A DNA stretch of 64,000 nucleotides from a virus (lineage: Duplodnaviria > Caudoviricetes): IMG/VR virus record IMGVR_UViG_3300027486_000276, positions 1-64,000 of that record, one strand, 5' to 3'. The notes beneath the pieces are model-generated. The model searched no databases and was not told the origin of the DNA. It saw only the letters and a list, made by a program, of their open reading frames with translations. Made by a program: the position numbers and the translations under genes. Below, piece by piece: positions 1 through 10,817 of this stretch; within the stretch, counting starts at the first letter, position 1; the number at the start of each line of letters is the position of its first letter.

Positions 1-1
1 A

Positions 2-865
2 ATGCTTGGAATGACCTCTTTAAATGTCGCTTATGTTGGTCCTTACAATACATCAACTGATGGCAATGCTCCATCAACGGTTTTATTTAATCATGGAGCT
101 TCCGTACAGCAAACTTATTTCTATTCTAGCGGCAGAATAGCGATGGTTCTTAACAAAGAAGGTCGTTTAAATATAGCAGGAAATGCTGGAAATACTCCGC
201 CAGCTTTATTAAACGTAGGCCCAACTTCCTCTGTGACCGCTGTAAGTGGAATGAGTTTTGGTAATGATGCTGAAGCTAATTTTTACAGATCCGCAGAAGA
301 CACAATTAAATCAGATGGAAATTTAATAGTAGTAGGAAACGTTACTGCTGCAAATCTAATCTCTGGTAATGGTACTACGAATTATGTCACAAAATGGAAT
401 GGAACTAAATCAGTAACAAATAGCCAAATCTTTGATGATGGTACTTATGTAGGCATAAATACAGTAAGCAATACAACTTATAGACTTCAAGTCAATGGTA
501 GTTTTGCTGCTACAACAAAGAGCTTCGATATAGTTCACCCAACAGTTTCTGGCAAGAGACTAGCTTATGCTTCTCTAGAAGGTCCAGAAAATGGCGTTTA
601 TTACAGAGGCCAAGGTAATAACAATGAAATAAACCTACCTCATTACTGGTCAGGATTAGTTCACGAAGACTCTTTAACTGTCAATTTAACAGCAGTAGGC
701 AAGCGCAAAGATGGAAGAGTTAGAAACTATAGTGTAGATCAAATAGGCCACAACAAAGTGTACATTTATACAGATAGTGATGATAATATATATAATTATT
801 ACTATACAATTTTTGCAGAGCGTAAGGATGTTTCTAAACTTGTAACTGAAAGGTATACGGAATAA
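2..865 (+). CDS. Tail fibre protein, C-terminal part (probably truncated by the window edge)
   Basis: G/T/N-rich beta-fibre repeats (YVGINT, LQVNG) and a C-terminal KSFDIVHP..LAYASLEGPENGVYYRG domain typical of phage fibre ends. The ORF runs off the left edge. Confidence 0.75.
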   Translation: MLGMTSLNVAYVGPYNTSTDGNAPSTVLFNHGASVQQTYFYSSGRIAMVLNKEGRLNIAGNAGNTPPALLNVGPTSSVTAVSGMSFGNDAEANFYRSAEDTIKSDGNLIVVGNVTAANLISGNGTTNYVTKWNGTKSVTNSQIFDDGTYVGINTVSNTTYRLQVNGSFAATTKSFDIVHPTVSGKRLAYASLEGPENGVYYRGQGNNNEINLPHYWSGLVHEDSLTVNLTAVGKRKDGRVRNYSVDQIGHNKVYIYTDSDDNIYNYYYTIFAERKDVSKLVTERYTE

Positions 866-869
866 AAAT

Positions 870-3800
870 ATGGGCGATATCGTAATTACACCAGCATCTA
901 ATGATGTAAATTCAACAGCAGGGACGCTGACGGTCAGAACGTCTGACTCGCAGCCCATTTCAATAAAGACTAATGATGTAAATAGACTTTATGTGACTTC
1001 TGCTGGAAATGTAGGAATAAATACTACTGCCCCAGTAGAAAAACTACAAGTATCTGGAAATGTTGTTGTAGGGCATGATGTTTACAATAGCTCATATGGT
1101 CAATACTTAAGATTTCCATTTGCTGGATTCAATTTGACAACGGGTACTTTAAAAGCTTATTTACAATTTGATTCTGTTGAGGATTACTCTGTTAATCTTG
1201 GCGATGCTTGGAAATGGAAATTGGGAACAGTTGCAAGGGCTGGAAATGATGGAAATTACAATTCACAATTTGAAATACTTAGAAGTACTAGAGCTGGAGT
1301 TACAGACAATACTGATTTTGCTATAAGCAGAGATGGGCGCGTTGGAATTGGAACGGTATTGCCTTCTGGAGGTTTGCATATTAATAATGCTCAGGGAGCT
1401 TTTTCTGAAGTAGTAAGACTTCAAAGAAATGGTGGAGTTTTTTATTCTGTTGGTCTTGATACTAACTTTTTAAATATTGCTTATAATGGAAATACAAATG
1501 GAAGTAATATTTTCGTTCTTAGAAATAATGGTTTTTTAGGTTTAGGAAATCTACAAACTGCTCTTTTTAATTTAGACATTGCTTCTACTCAAGGGCAGGG
1601 TATTCAATTAAGATATGATACTACTACTGGTTATCGCGCTCAAATTACTCCTTATTGGAATACTACCGCAGACACAAGAATAGACTTTGCTATTAATAGA
1701 TCAGCTAATCTAGTAGCTGATGTAATAATGTCGGTTGGTTATGCTAGTAATGTTGGCGTTGGCACGACAAGACCTGTACAAAAACTTCAAATTGAAGGTA
1801 CAGTTGGAAATCCTGCTTCTATTGCCACAACTCAAAGTGGAATTTTCAGAATAAGCAATACTACAGACAATGCTGTCCTAGATTTTGGCATAAGGGCTGG
1901 CGGAAATGGTGCTTGGATTCAATCCACGGACGAAACAGATTTAAGTGCAAACTATCCATTGTTATTAAATCCAAATGGTGCAAATGTTGGTATTGGAACT
2001 ACTATTGTCACAGGAAGATTAAATGTTACTAGAAATTCAAACACTTCTCAGCCTATTGGCTATTTTTCTGAATTATTCACAAATCCAGCGGCTACAAATA
2101 TAATTTTATTAGAAAGAGGTAATAACGTATCCGCAGCAAATCAATTAAGTTCAAACGCCGGTTTAAGAATTAGAGATCACTCATCAAATTATTCTTTATC
2201 TGTAGAAGATCATCTTAGTAATTTAAATTTTGCAATAAGCGGATCAAGAGTTTTAATCGGCACAAGAACTACAAGTTCTCTTTTAAATATTGGCGGAGTA
2301 GGTTCAACAGCCCCAGCAAGCGGTATAACACTTGGAGGAGATGCTGTCGCTAATCTATACAGAAGCACGGCTTCTCAAATAAAAACAGATTCTCAATTAG
2401 TCGCTGCTGGCGGATTTTATTCTACTAGCACTAGCAACTTCATGGAGAGTCTTTCTATAGGCACTTCAATAAATATAGAAGGTGGTCCAAACGAAGGTCT
2501 ATTTTTAGGAGATACAAGCAGATGGTACATTGGTACAGCAGATAAGACTTATACTGTTAATGCGGATGGCGATTTACATTTTAGAGATAGCACTAATTCT
2601 ATAACTAGAATGATAATTCAATATGCTAATGGTCACGTTGGCATAGGCTCAACAGATCCTGCTTATAGATTGGATGTTTATGATACTAACAAAAACATTG
2701 GAAGATTTTACAATAATCAAACTTCTCTTGAATTCTTTTTAGGAAGTACTAATAATACATTATATACTGATCTCTTCTTAGTAACAAGCAACGGTAACGC
2801 TCAAATTTTTAAAAATAGAAGCAATGCGGGTTGGGGAGGAGTTGACTCTCTTAACATTTATACAAGTATTGGACCTATAGCATTTCATCCGTCAGGCGTA
2901 CAAAATGCATTATATTTAAATGAAATTGGTAATGTTGGTATAAATGTAGCAAATCCACCTAATAAATTGGTTTTATATGATAACAAAAATACTAGCACTT
3001 GGAATAGTAATTCTGCCGGTAATATTTCAAATATACAAGTAGTAAATTATCAAACTGGATTAAATATACCTGCGGTAATTGAATTAGTTCAAAATGATCA
3101 TTCTTCTGTAAGGTTGGCTGGTTATAAGGTTAATGCAACAAGTTATTGGTTAAGTAATTTTGGCATTTCTGTCAGAAAAGCTGACACTAATATGCATCAA
3201 GTTTTTACGGCTCAATATGATGGGAATATTGGTATAGGTACAACAAATCCATATAGTTTATTAGATGTTCAATTAGCTTCTGCTGCTACTAGATATTTGA
3301 CTTTATCAACTAATGATGGACAAGGTAGCTTTAATGGATTCGGATTAAACTTCAGAATAGCAGATACGGCTCATGATATTGCCCAAATTAGAGGAGATTA
3401 CGAAAATAGTAATGGAGGTGGCTATGGAGGTTTATTTATTGCTACTAGATTTTCAGGAACTCTTTACAATAGACTTGCTATTAATGACAATGGAAGAGTA
3501 GGTATTGGTGTTAGTTATGGAACCACTTTGTTAACAGTTGGTGGCGCAGGCTCAACAACTGCGGCAAGCGGTATAACTTTTGGAGGAGATTCCGTAGCTA
3601 ATATTTATAGATCAGCCGCAAGTCAACTTAAAACAGATGGTGGATTTGTAGTTTCAAATACTTTAGTAGTAGGAGGCGGAGAAAATGGAATAAGAATTTT
3701 TAAAGATGGTTCTAATTCTATATCTTCTACATTGTATTTAGCAAATGCAGCCAATACTAGAGCGTACAATTTCCAACAAAATGCCGCAGGTACGAATTTG

Positions 3801-6629
3801 GCTCTTTGGGGCTATAATTCTTCTAATATTTGGCAGAATTTGGTTAATTTTAATTACAATGGTAGCGTAGGTATTGGAACGACAACTCCATCAGGAACAC
3901 TTCACATAGTTTCTTCTGTCGCTGGCGAAACCGTTTTTAGAGCAGATGGTACAAACGGAACACTTTTATCAGTAGTAGATGACCTATCTGATTCATTAAT
4001 GTCTGTAAATAATAGCGCGGGTTTGCCTGTGCTTGAAGTATTTGCAGATGACAGAGTAGTTGCTGGTCAGTATGGCAGCGGAGATTTCGTTCTAACTAAT
4101 AACAAAATAGGTATTGGAACGACTAATCCTGTTAATAAATTATCAGTAATTGGAGGAGCGAGTATTGGTTCAACAGCTTATAATATTTCTGCTCCAACTG
4201 ATGGTTTAATTGTACAAGGAAATGTTGGAATAGGCACAACATCTTCTTCTTATAAGTTAAGAGTTTATAATGCTAATAATACCACTCCTCTAAGTATTGA
4301 ACCCGGAGCTAATGCTGCTTTTAGATTTGCAGGTAATTCTACAAGCGTATACACTACAACTTTTAATATTAATGATACTGCATTATATATTGGACATGAT
4401 AGCAGCGTTAGATCTTTCAATTTACAAACTAATAGTACCGATAGATTAACAATCAAAGGAGATGGAAATGTTGGTATTGGAACAACAAATCCCTCACAAA
4501 AATTAGATGTTCGTGGAAATATAAAGTTAGGCGCAGACGGTGCAGGTAACTATATTTATTATGTAAAAGATAATGAAGGTACAATAATTAGAACTACAAG
4601 ATCTGATGTCACTCAAGAAGGTTTGTTTAGATCAGATGGTTGGGGTAATTTTACAGTAGATAAAAGTATTGGTGTTGGATATAGTTTAGGATCTTCATTT
4701 CCTTCTTCTACTATTGGAAATGGTAATTTATATGTTGCTAATACTATAGGAATAAATACGACAAGTCCAGCCGCAGCACTAGATGTTAGAGGTGGAATCC
4801 TAAGAACGAATAGTAGAATTAATAATTCTGAAGGTTATCCGCTTGGTCACTATTCTCCCGGAGAAACGGTATTTGAAATAGACCCCACATGGAGCCAAGC
4901 TGAACTTCAAAAATATTTTAATAGTAGTAGTGTCACTTGGGTAGCAGTAGCTGATGCTCCCGGGGGTTATTGTATTTATATTGATGGAGGAGTTAATGTT
5001 GGTGGATTTGCTGATTCTGGCTTCCCTTATATTCCAGTAGATACTAATGACATTTTCTACATGGAATGTTGGATTCAAAATGTAGGAACAAATCAAGCTC
5101 ACTACATGGGAAGCCAAGATTTCGATCAAAATCTCGCTAGTTTAGGAGGTAATCCCGGTTCTTATGGTTATTGGGTAATGAGTAATTATAATCCCGGTAC
5201 TAGCTGGACTAAAGTAAGTGGTTATATTACTGGATTTGGAAGCTCAGTTGGTCAATTTGTATCTGGTACAAAATACTGGACTCCTCAAGCTTTATTCAAT
5301 TATACAGCAGGAACCGGAACAAGAGCCTGTCGTATTTCTGGATGGAAGATTATAAAAGTTTATCACCCCGGCAATAGAACTTTTACAGGAAGTATAAGCG
5401 CAGGTACAAGTATTAGTGCCGGTACTAATCTTACTGTTGGTGCCGATCTTTATGTTGCTGATGAATTGGGTGTTGGAGTGCCAATTGCAAATAAGAGATT
5501 AAATTATGGAGCGCAAATAAGTGCAGCTTCAGCTTCTATTCAGTTAGTTTTAGGAAGAACTACAAGTTCAACTGGACAAGGCGGAATTGGAGCAGATGAA
5601 AATAGTACTTTCGCAGTATGGAATGTAAGTGGGCAAACTACAAGGCAATTTGCTATTTCTCAAAGAGGCAATTTAGGTTTAGCCACTTCAACCGCTGCTC
5701 CTAGTTCAAGATTAACAATTGGTACAGATTTTGCAGGAGCTTCTGGTATTTCTATTGACACAAATGGCACTTCTAATTCTGCATTTGTAGCCAGAAAAAA
5801 TTCTAGTATGACGGCCTATGGAATCCTTCCTTGGGATTCTCAAGTTTATATAAGCGCAGGAATATACTATAGAGAAGGAACTTGGACTCATCATAATGCT
5901 AATAATAATAATCAATTGTTTACGATGAATCCCGGAGTAGGAGTTACATGGTTCGCTTCAAATAATGGAACAGCTTCTTGGAATATATCAAATGGTGTTA
6001 ATTTATGGGATGATTCAGCTAATTGGGTATCCTCAGTAAAATATGCTGGGTCATCAGATAATTATTTTAGTGCTTCAAATGTTGGAATAGGAACCAACAC
6101 TCCTAGCGGTAGACTTCATATTGGTACGGCTTCTTATTCTAGTTCAAACAGGCCATTTATCGTAAATAATGGTGTTCAAACTGTAAATGCTAGACTTTAT
6201 GATACAGCAGTTATACAACAAGATGACGTAACAACATTAAGATTAGTAGAAAGAAACCCTTCTGTTGCAAATCAAATACTTTCTTTTTCTATTGGTGATG
6301 GTGTTGCAAGAATAGCTTGCACTGCTCAACCAATGCAGTTTTATGTAAACGGTGGAGACGCTATTGGAGATTATGGTTACTTAGGCTTAAACGGAACAAA
6401 AGCTATTGAAATTAGCACATCTGCAAACGTTGGAATTGGCAACGTAACTCCAAATGCCGCAAGATTACATATTAAAGGCGATGGCTTTAACCCTGTTTTA
6501 AGAGTGGAAACTGCATTATTAGCAGGAGCAGCAGGAGGAACGGCTGGCAAAACATTTGTTGGTTGGTTGCCAATTCAAACTGGCGCACTTAGTCCCGGAG
6601 ACACAGTTTACATCCCATTATATAAATAA
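870..6629 (+). CDS. Long tail fibre protein (1919 aa)
   Basis: Many GNVGIGTTxP repeats separated by variable knob-like domains; sits among virion genes. Confidence 0.85.
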   Translation: MGDIVITPASNDVNSTAGTLTVRTSDSQPISIKTNDVNRLYVTSAGNVGINTTAPVEKLQVSGNVVVGHDVYNSSYGQYLRFPFAGFNLTTGTLKAYLQFDSVEDYSVNLGDAWKWKLGTVARAGNDGNYNSQFEILRSTRAGVTDNTDFAISRDGRVGIGTVLPSGGLHINNAQGAFSEVVRLQRNGGVFYSVGLDTNFLNIAYNGNTNGSNIFVLRNNGFLGLGNLQTALFNLDIASTQGQGIQLRYDTTTGYRAQITPYWNTTADTRIDFAINRSANLVADVIMSVGYASNVGVGTTRPVQKLQIEGTVGNPASIATTQSGIFRISNTTDNAVLDFGIRAGGNGAWIQSTDETDLSANYPLLLNPNGANVGIGTTIVTGRLNVTRNSNTSQPIGYFSELFTNPAATNIILLERGNNVSAANQLSSNAGLRIRDHSSNYSLSVEDHLSNLNFAISGSRVLIGTRTTSSLLNIGGVGSTAPASGITLGGDAVANLYRSTASQIKTDSQLVAAGGFYSTSTSNFMESLSIGTSINIEGGPNEGLFLGDTSRWYIGTADKTYTVNADGDLHFRDSTNSITRMIIQYANGHVGIGSTDPAYRLDVYDTNKNIGRFYNNQTSLEFFLGSTNNTLYTDLFLVTSNGNAQIFKNRSNAGWGGVDSLNIYTSIGPIAFHPSGVQNALYLNEIGNVGINVANPPNKLVLYDNKNTSTWNSNSAGNISNIQVVNYQTGLNIPAVIELVQNDHSSVRLAGYKVNATSYWLSNFGISVRKADTNMHQVFTAQYDGNIGIGTTNPYSLLDVQLASAATRYLTLSTNDGQGSFNGFGLNFRIADTAHDIAQIRGDYENSNGGGYGGLFIATRFSGTLYNRLAINDNGRVGIGVSYGTTLLTVGGAGSTTAASGITFGGDSVANIYRSAASQLKTDGGFVVSNTLVVGGGENGIRIFKDGSNSISSTLYLANAANTRAYNFQQNAAGTNLALWGYNSSNIWQNLVNFNYNGSVGIGTTTPSGTLHIVSSVAGETVFRADGTNGTLLSVVDDLSDSLMSVNNSAGLPVLEVFADDRVVAGQYGSGDFVLTNNKIGIGTTNPVNKLSVIGGASIGSTAYNISAPTDGLIVQGNVGIGTTSSSYKLRVYNANNTTPLSIEPGANAAFRFAGNSTSVYTTTFNINDTALYIGHDSSVRSFNLQTNSTDRLTIKGDGNVGIGTTNPSQKLDVRGNIKLGADGAGNYIYYVKDNEGTIIRTTRSDVTQEGLFRSDGWGNFTVDKSIGVGYSLGSSFPSSTIGNGNLYVANTIGINTTSPAAALDVRGGILRTNSRINNSEGYPLGHYSPGETVFEIDPTWSQAELQKYFNSSSVTWVAVADAPGGYCIYIDGGVNVGGFADSGFPYIPVDTNDIFYMECWIQNVGTNQAHYMGSQDFDQNLASLGGNPGSYGYWVMSNYNPGTSWTKVSGYITGFGSSVGQFVSGTKYWTPQALFNYTAGTGTRACRISGWKIIKVYHPGNRTFTGSISAGTSISAGTNLTVGADLYVADELGVGVPIANKRLNYGAQISAASASIQLVLGRTTSSTGQGGIGADENSTFAVWNVSGQTTRQFAISQRGNLGLATSTAAPSSRLTIGTDFAGASGISIDTNGTSNSAFVARKNSSMTAYGILPWDSQVYISAGIYYREGTWTHHNANNNNQLFTMNPGVGVTWFASNNGTASWNISNGVNLWDDSANWVSSVKYAGSSDNYFSASNVGIGTNTPSGRLHIGTASYSSSNRPFIVNNGVQTVNARLYDTAVIQQDDVTTLRLVERNPSVANQILSFSIGDGVARIACTAQPMQFYVNGGDAIGDYGYLGLNGTKAIEISTSANVGIGNVTPNAARLHIKGDGFNPVLRVETALLAGAAGGTAGKTFVGWLPIQTGALSPGDTVYIPLYK

Positions 6630-6635
6630 AATTCT

Positions 6636-6911
6636 ATGGAAAATATCGAATATAAAATATACAAATATGAGTTATGCCCAAGTGAATCTCCAAATTCTAC
6701 TATTGTAGGATTTTTAATCACGGACACTAATTCTAGCAAATATACAAATATTGAACATACTTTGCCATTCTCTGAGACCAATAATTTAACTGAAGAAGAG
6801 ATCTGCCAAATGGCATTTAATAAATTAAAACCACAAATTGATGCGATTATTACAAGATTCCAAACTGCAAATAATCCAGTAATTGGAAAAGTGTTCTTAC
6901 CTTCTGCGTAA
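6636..6911 (+). CDS. Small hypothetical protein, possible fibre assembly chaperone (91 aa)
   Basis: Tightly packed directly after the long fibre gene. Function inferred from position only. Confidence 0.5.
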   Translation: MENIEYKIYKYELCPSESPNSTIVGFLITDTNSSKYTNIEHTLPFSETNNLTEEEICQMAFNKLKPQIDAIITRFQTANNPVIGKVFLPSA

Positions 6912-6929
6912 AAATAATTATTATAAAAT

Positions 6930-8681
6930 ATGGCAGTTCAACACGCAAACAGAGGTATAGTTAAAAAAGATTTGCAGTTATATTATAACCGCGAATATAT
7001 TAAAAGCTTTAGAGGAGAAGCTGCTACAAACTATGCTGGAACGGTAACTGCTAATCATGAAAGTGCTGCTGCTTATTGGGTGTCAACGGTAACAAAAGAT
7101 ACAAGCACTGGCTATACTGCGTTTAAAGTAGTTCCATTGGCGGGAGGGTATCAAGCTTCAACGGGATTTTGGGTTTCTTGTGGAATTATAGCTGGAAATG
7201 GAGGGTTTCAACCTCCGGGGACTTATAGTTTATCTGCAAAAGTTTTATTACCGAAAGGGTCTGTTTTTACTTTTGGGTTTAGAGCTTATCCTTTTACAGA
7301 AGAATTTGCTGTAGATGTAACTGGAACGGGCACTTGGCAAACAATAAAAAGAGAAAACTTTACTTGTACTGGATATAACTATTTACAACTTCAAATGATT
7401 AGAAGAGTGAATGGTGGTACTGGAGGATCTTCTCCTATATATCCCGGTGATCCATTTTGGGTAAGAGATGTGATGATTAATTCTGGTTCTTATGCAAAGC
7501 CATTTGCTTCTATGGCAAATGAATTAAGCGCAAGACCGGAGAATACCACAAACATAACAAACAATGCAAACTTTGCTTCTGCTATATCTGGAACAGATTC
7601 TGGAGGAACGCAGAATGGGTGGACTTTTGGATCTTGGAGTGGAACAGGAAATTCTTATGTTACTCAGTCTTCAACAGTGATTTATTCTTCTGGAAGTACA
7701 TCTTATAGCGCAATACCTCTAAGAGTAACAAGAGCAGCGGCTGGTGCTATGGATTTTTTTAGCTCTAATTGGAATACTCTTACAAATGGAGTAGTCTATA
7801 CAATTTCATTTTGGGCAAGATCAAATATCACGACAACGCTAAATATAAATCATCAAAATTTAGGAACTATAAAATCCTATTCTATTGATGCTGCTGCTGG
7901 ATGGTATAAATACACTGGAACATTTACTCATGCAGGTGGAACTCAATATCCATATTTAACTCATGCTGGTGCTAACGGTACTTGGATTGAAATTGCAAAT
8001 GTACAATTAGAAGCGAAATCATTTCCTACAGATTTCACGACAACAAATAGAACAAGCGTAGCAAATACTGCTGCAAATGGTGGTGGCTTGTTAGATTTAA
8101 GTGGAAATCTTTATGATATTAATTTAAATGGTGCCAATGTTTTGTTTGATAGTGGCGGATTTTATTTTAATGGAAATACGGCGGGACCATATATTACTCC
8201 TGTATCTAATTCTACTTTAGATTCTTTGAGTAATAATACTCATACTTATGAAGTGTGGTTTAAATTATTAGGAACTCCTGCTGGATTGTATGATGGTTAT
8301 TTTTTTGGTAGATCAGGATTTCATGAAGGTTTTGTTCATTTAAAATCTTCTTCTAATGTTATTTATGTAATTACTTGGTATTTTGATAGTACAAATGCAG
8401 CGTTAGGAGCTACGCTTTCATTGAATACTTGGTATCATGGAGTATATGTTGCTAATGTAGAAGCTGCAACTAGGCAATTATATATAAATGGATCATTAGT
8501 AGATAACAATACTTTGACAAAGCAATTAAGACAATACACATCTGCGTATTATATTGGCGCAGCGAGCGTAGATTACGCAAGCAATTCTATTGTTTCAACT
8601 GCAAGAGCTTATAATAGAGCATTATCTGCCACAGAAATACAACAAAATTTCAACGCAACACGCAAAACTTATGGTGTCTAA
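6930..8681 (+). CDS. LamG/concanavalin-A-like lectin virion protein with inserted carbohydrate-binding-like domains (583 aa)
   Basis: C-terminal LamG motifs (TYEVWFK, WYHGVY, LYINGSL, YNRALSATEIQQNFNA) and CBM-like motifs (YTISFWARS, WYKYTGTF, VQLEA). Confidence 0.75.
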   Translation: MAVQHANRGIVKKDLQLYYNREYIKSFRGEAATNYAGTVTANHESAAAYWVSTVTKDTSTGYTAFKVVPLAGGYQASTGFWVSCGIIAGNGGFQPPGTYSLSAKVLLPKGSVFTFGFRAYPFTEEFAVDVTGTGTWQTIKRENFTCTGYNYLQLQMIRRVNGGTGGSSPIYPGDPFWVRDVMINSGSYAKPFASMANELSARPENTTNITNNANFASAISGTDSGGTQNGWTFGSWSGTGNSYVTQSSTVIYSSGSTSYSAIPLRVTRAAAGAMDFFSSNWNTLTNGVVYTISFWARSNITTTLNINHQNLGTIKSYSIDAAAGWYKYTGTFTHAGGTQYPYLTHAGANGTWIEIANVQLEAKSFPTDFTTTNRTSVANTAANGGGLLDLSGNLYDINLNGANVLFDSGGFYFNGNTAGPYITPVSNSTLDSLSNNTHTYEVWFKLLGTPAGLYDGYFFGRSGFHEGFVHLKSSSNVIYVITWYFDSTNAALGATLSLNTWYHGVYVANVEAATRQLYINGSLVDNNTLTKQLRQYTSAYYIGAASVDYASNSIVSTARAYNRALSATEIQQNFNATRKTYGV

Positions 8682-8684
8682 AAT

Positions 8685-10814
8685 ATGAGTACAGTAAACA
8701 ATGGGCCACAAATAGTAAAAAATTCATTAGCTTTCGTTTTAGATCCTACGGTTAGCGCAGGATTTATTAAAACGCCAAGACAATTGAGTAATTGTCTATT
8801 ATGGTTAGATGGAAGCGATACTTCGACTTTAAGTTTATCTTCTAATATAGTTAGTTCTTGGTCAAGTAAAGGGACTTCTGCACTTGTAGCTCTTCCGCAG
8901 CAATTATCAAGTTTACCAGCTAGTAATTTTTCTCCACTTTATGTAGCGGGTGCAGTAAATGGATTAGGAGCTATTTATTTTGATGGATCTAATGATTATA
9001 TGTATGTAGGTTCATTATCTGCACTAGCCAACATACCGGGATATACAAGTTTTATCGTTCTTTCTCCTATTTATTTAAATGCGACACAAGTTTTCTGTGG
9101 ATTACAGGCAAGTTTTTCAAGCGGAACTTATGATTTTTTTACATACTATCTGTCATTAGATACTTTAAGAACTGGATTTGATGGTGGTGGTAATGGAGCT
9201 ACAAGTTATACTTCTAGAAATGATGGTCAGAAAATAATAATATCAACAGTAAGAAGCGCAGGAACAGCAAATACATTTGTTAATGGTTATCAAATACAAA
9301 CAAATGGTTCTGTGAACGCAAATACAGACGCTGGAATAAGCATACTAGGAATAGGAGCCAATACATATTTATCAGGAAGTCAACCTTATAAGGGTTATAT
9401 TTGTGAAATTGTTATTTATAATAGAGCCTTAACTACAAAAGAAAGAAGGCAAGTCGAATATTATTTATCAAATAAATGGAGAATTCCATTCTTGCAATCT
9501 TCATTATCAAATATTGACTTAGTATATGCAAATTCAATAACTGCTCCAAATAGCAATGTTCCAATTATCGACAAGAGTTACAGATTAAATCCTGCGGATG
9601 CAACTGGATCTCCAAAAACAAGTAATTTTTATGCAACGAATGCTATTTCTTATTTAGCTTCTTATATTACAACATCCATAACAATGGAAGCTTGGGTTAA
9701 ACCACATAATTTTGCGTTTGCTGGTAATAATACTGATATTGGTGCGATAATGATTGCTGGTGGAAATTTTTATTTATCATTAGATAGTAATGGGAAATTC
9801 AATTCTTTTATGTATGGATCTAGTGGCAGCACAGGAAGTCATTTACCTAGCACAACTTCTGTTACTAGAAATGCATGGAATCATGTAGTATGGACTTATG
9901 ATGGGGCTTATATTAGATGGTATTTAAATGGAGTTTTAGATAAAATTTCTTCTCAAGTTTATACTCTAGGCACGTTGACGGTGAGTAGTTATATTGGAAT
10001 TGGTGCGGAATCTAATTCTAATTATGGTAGAATGTTAGATGGCTATGTTTCGGGATGTAAAATATATGGAAGAGCCTTAACTGTAGATGAAATATTACAG
10101 AATTACGAATTATCTAAAACAGAGTTTTCTAATTTACCAAATATCGTTACTTCAGGATTAACTATTTATTTAGATACAGATGTTTATTCTAGTTACATTG
10201 GAAGCGGAACAACTTTTAATGATTTAACTGGTAATGGTAATTATTTTCAATTAACAAATAGCCCAACATACGTTTCAACAGAGCCTAAAAATTTTAGTTT
10301 ATCTGCTGCAAGTAGTCAATATTTTCTATACTATGTATCAATAGGAAATCCTACAGGAAATACCGGTCTTTCTTTGCCCAGTGCAAATTCTTGGACTTGT
10401 TCTTTTTGGTTTAGGACAACAACTAATACAACTTATAATCCATTCCTATCTCATATGGGAAGCGGCCCTGTATATTGTTTAATGGGTACAACAGGAACAA
10501 CTCTTACTTATTATCATTATAATGGTGGATGGTTTTTTAAAAATGGAACAACAAATATTTTAGATAATGTATGGCATCAAGCAGTTTTTGTTAATGCTGG
10601 TAATACAATGATTATTTACTTAGATGGCGTAGTAGAAAGATCGTCATTTGATTCTACCGTTAGTGGTGGAAATAATTTTGTTAATGGATTTGGCGGAAGT
10701 TGGGCAGGAAATTTCACAGGCAACTTAACTAATTTTATGTATTATAATACAAACTTATCTGCGGCCCAAGTATCGCAAAACTATAACGCACAAAAACATA
10801 GATTTGGAAAATAA
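8685..10814 (+). CDS. Multi-LamG lectin virion protein (709 aa)
   Basis: Repeated LamG motifs (TMEAWVK, WNHVVWTYDG, YLNG, YGRALTVDEILQNY, LSAAQVSQNYNA). Confidence 0.8.
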   Translation: MSTVNNGPQIVKNSLAFVLDPTVSAGFIKTPRQLSNCLLWLDGSDTSTLSLSSNIVSSWSSKGTSALVALPQQLSSLPASNFSPLYVAGAVNGLGAIYFDGSNDYMYVGSLSALANIPGYTSFIVLSPIYLNATQVFCGLQASFSSGTYDFFTYYLSLDTLRTGFDGGGNGATSYTSRNDGQKIIISTVRSAGTANTFVNGYQIQTNGSVNANTDAGISILGIGANTYLSGSQPYKGYICEIVIYNRALTTKERRQVEYYLSNKWRIPFLQSSLSNIDLVYANSITAPNSNVPIIDKSYRLNPADATGSPKTSNFYATNAISYLASYITTSITMEAWVKPHNFAFAGNNTDIGAIMIAGGNFYLSLDSNGKFNSFMYGSSGSTGSHLPSTTSVTRNAWNHVVWTYDGAYIRWYLNGVLDKISSQVYTLGTLTVSSYIGIGAESNSNYGRMLDGYVSGCKIYGRALTVDEILQNYELSKTEFSNLPNIVTSGLTIYLDTDVYSSYIGSGTTFNDLTGNGNYFQLTNSPTYVSTEPKNFSLSAASSQYFLYYVSIGNPTGNTGLSLPSANSWTCSFWFRTTTNTTYNPFLSHMGSGPVYCLMGTTGTTLTYYHYNGGWFFKNGTTNILDNVWHQAVFVNAGNTMIIYLDGVVERSSFDSTVSGGNNFVNGFGGSWAGNFTGNLTNFMYYNTNLSAAQVSQNYNAQKHRFGK

Positions 10815-10817
10815 TAT

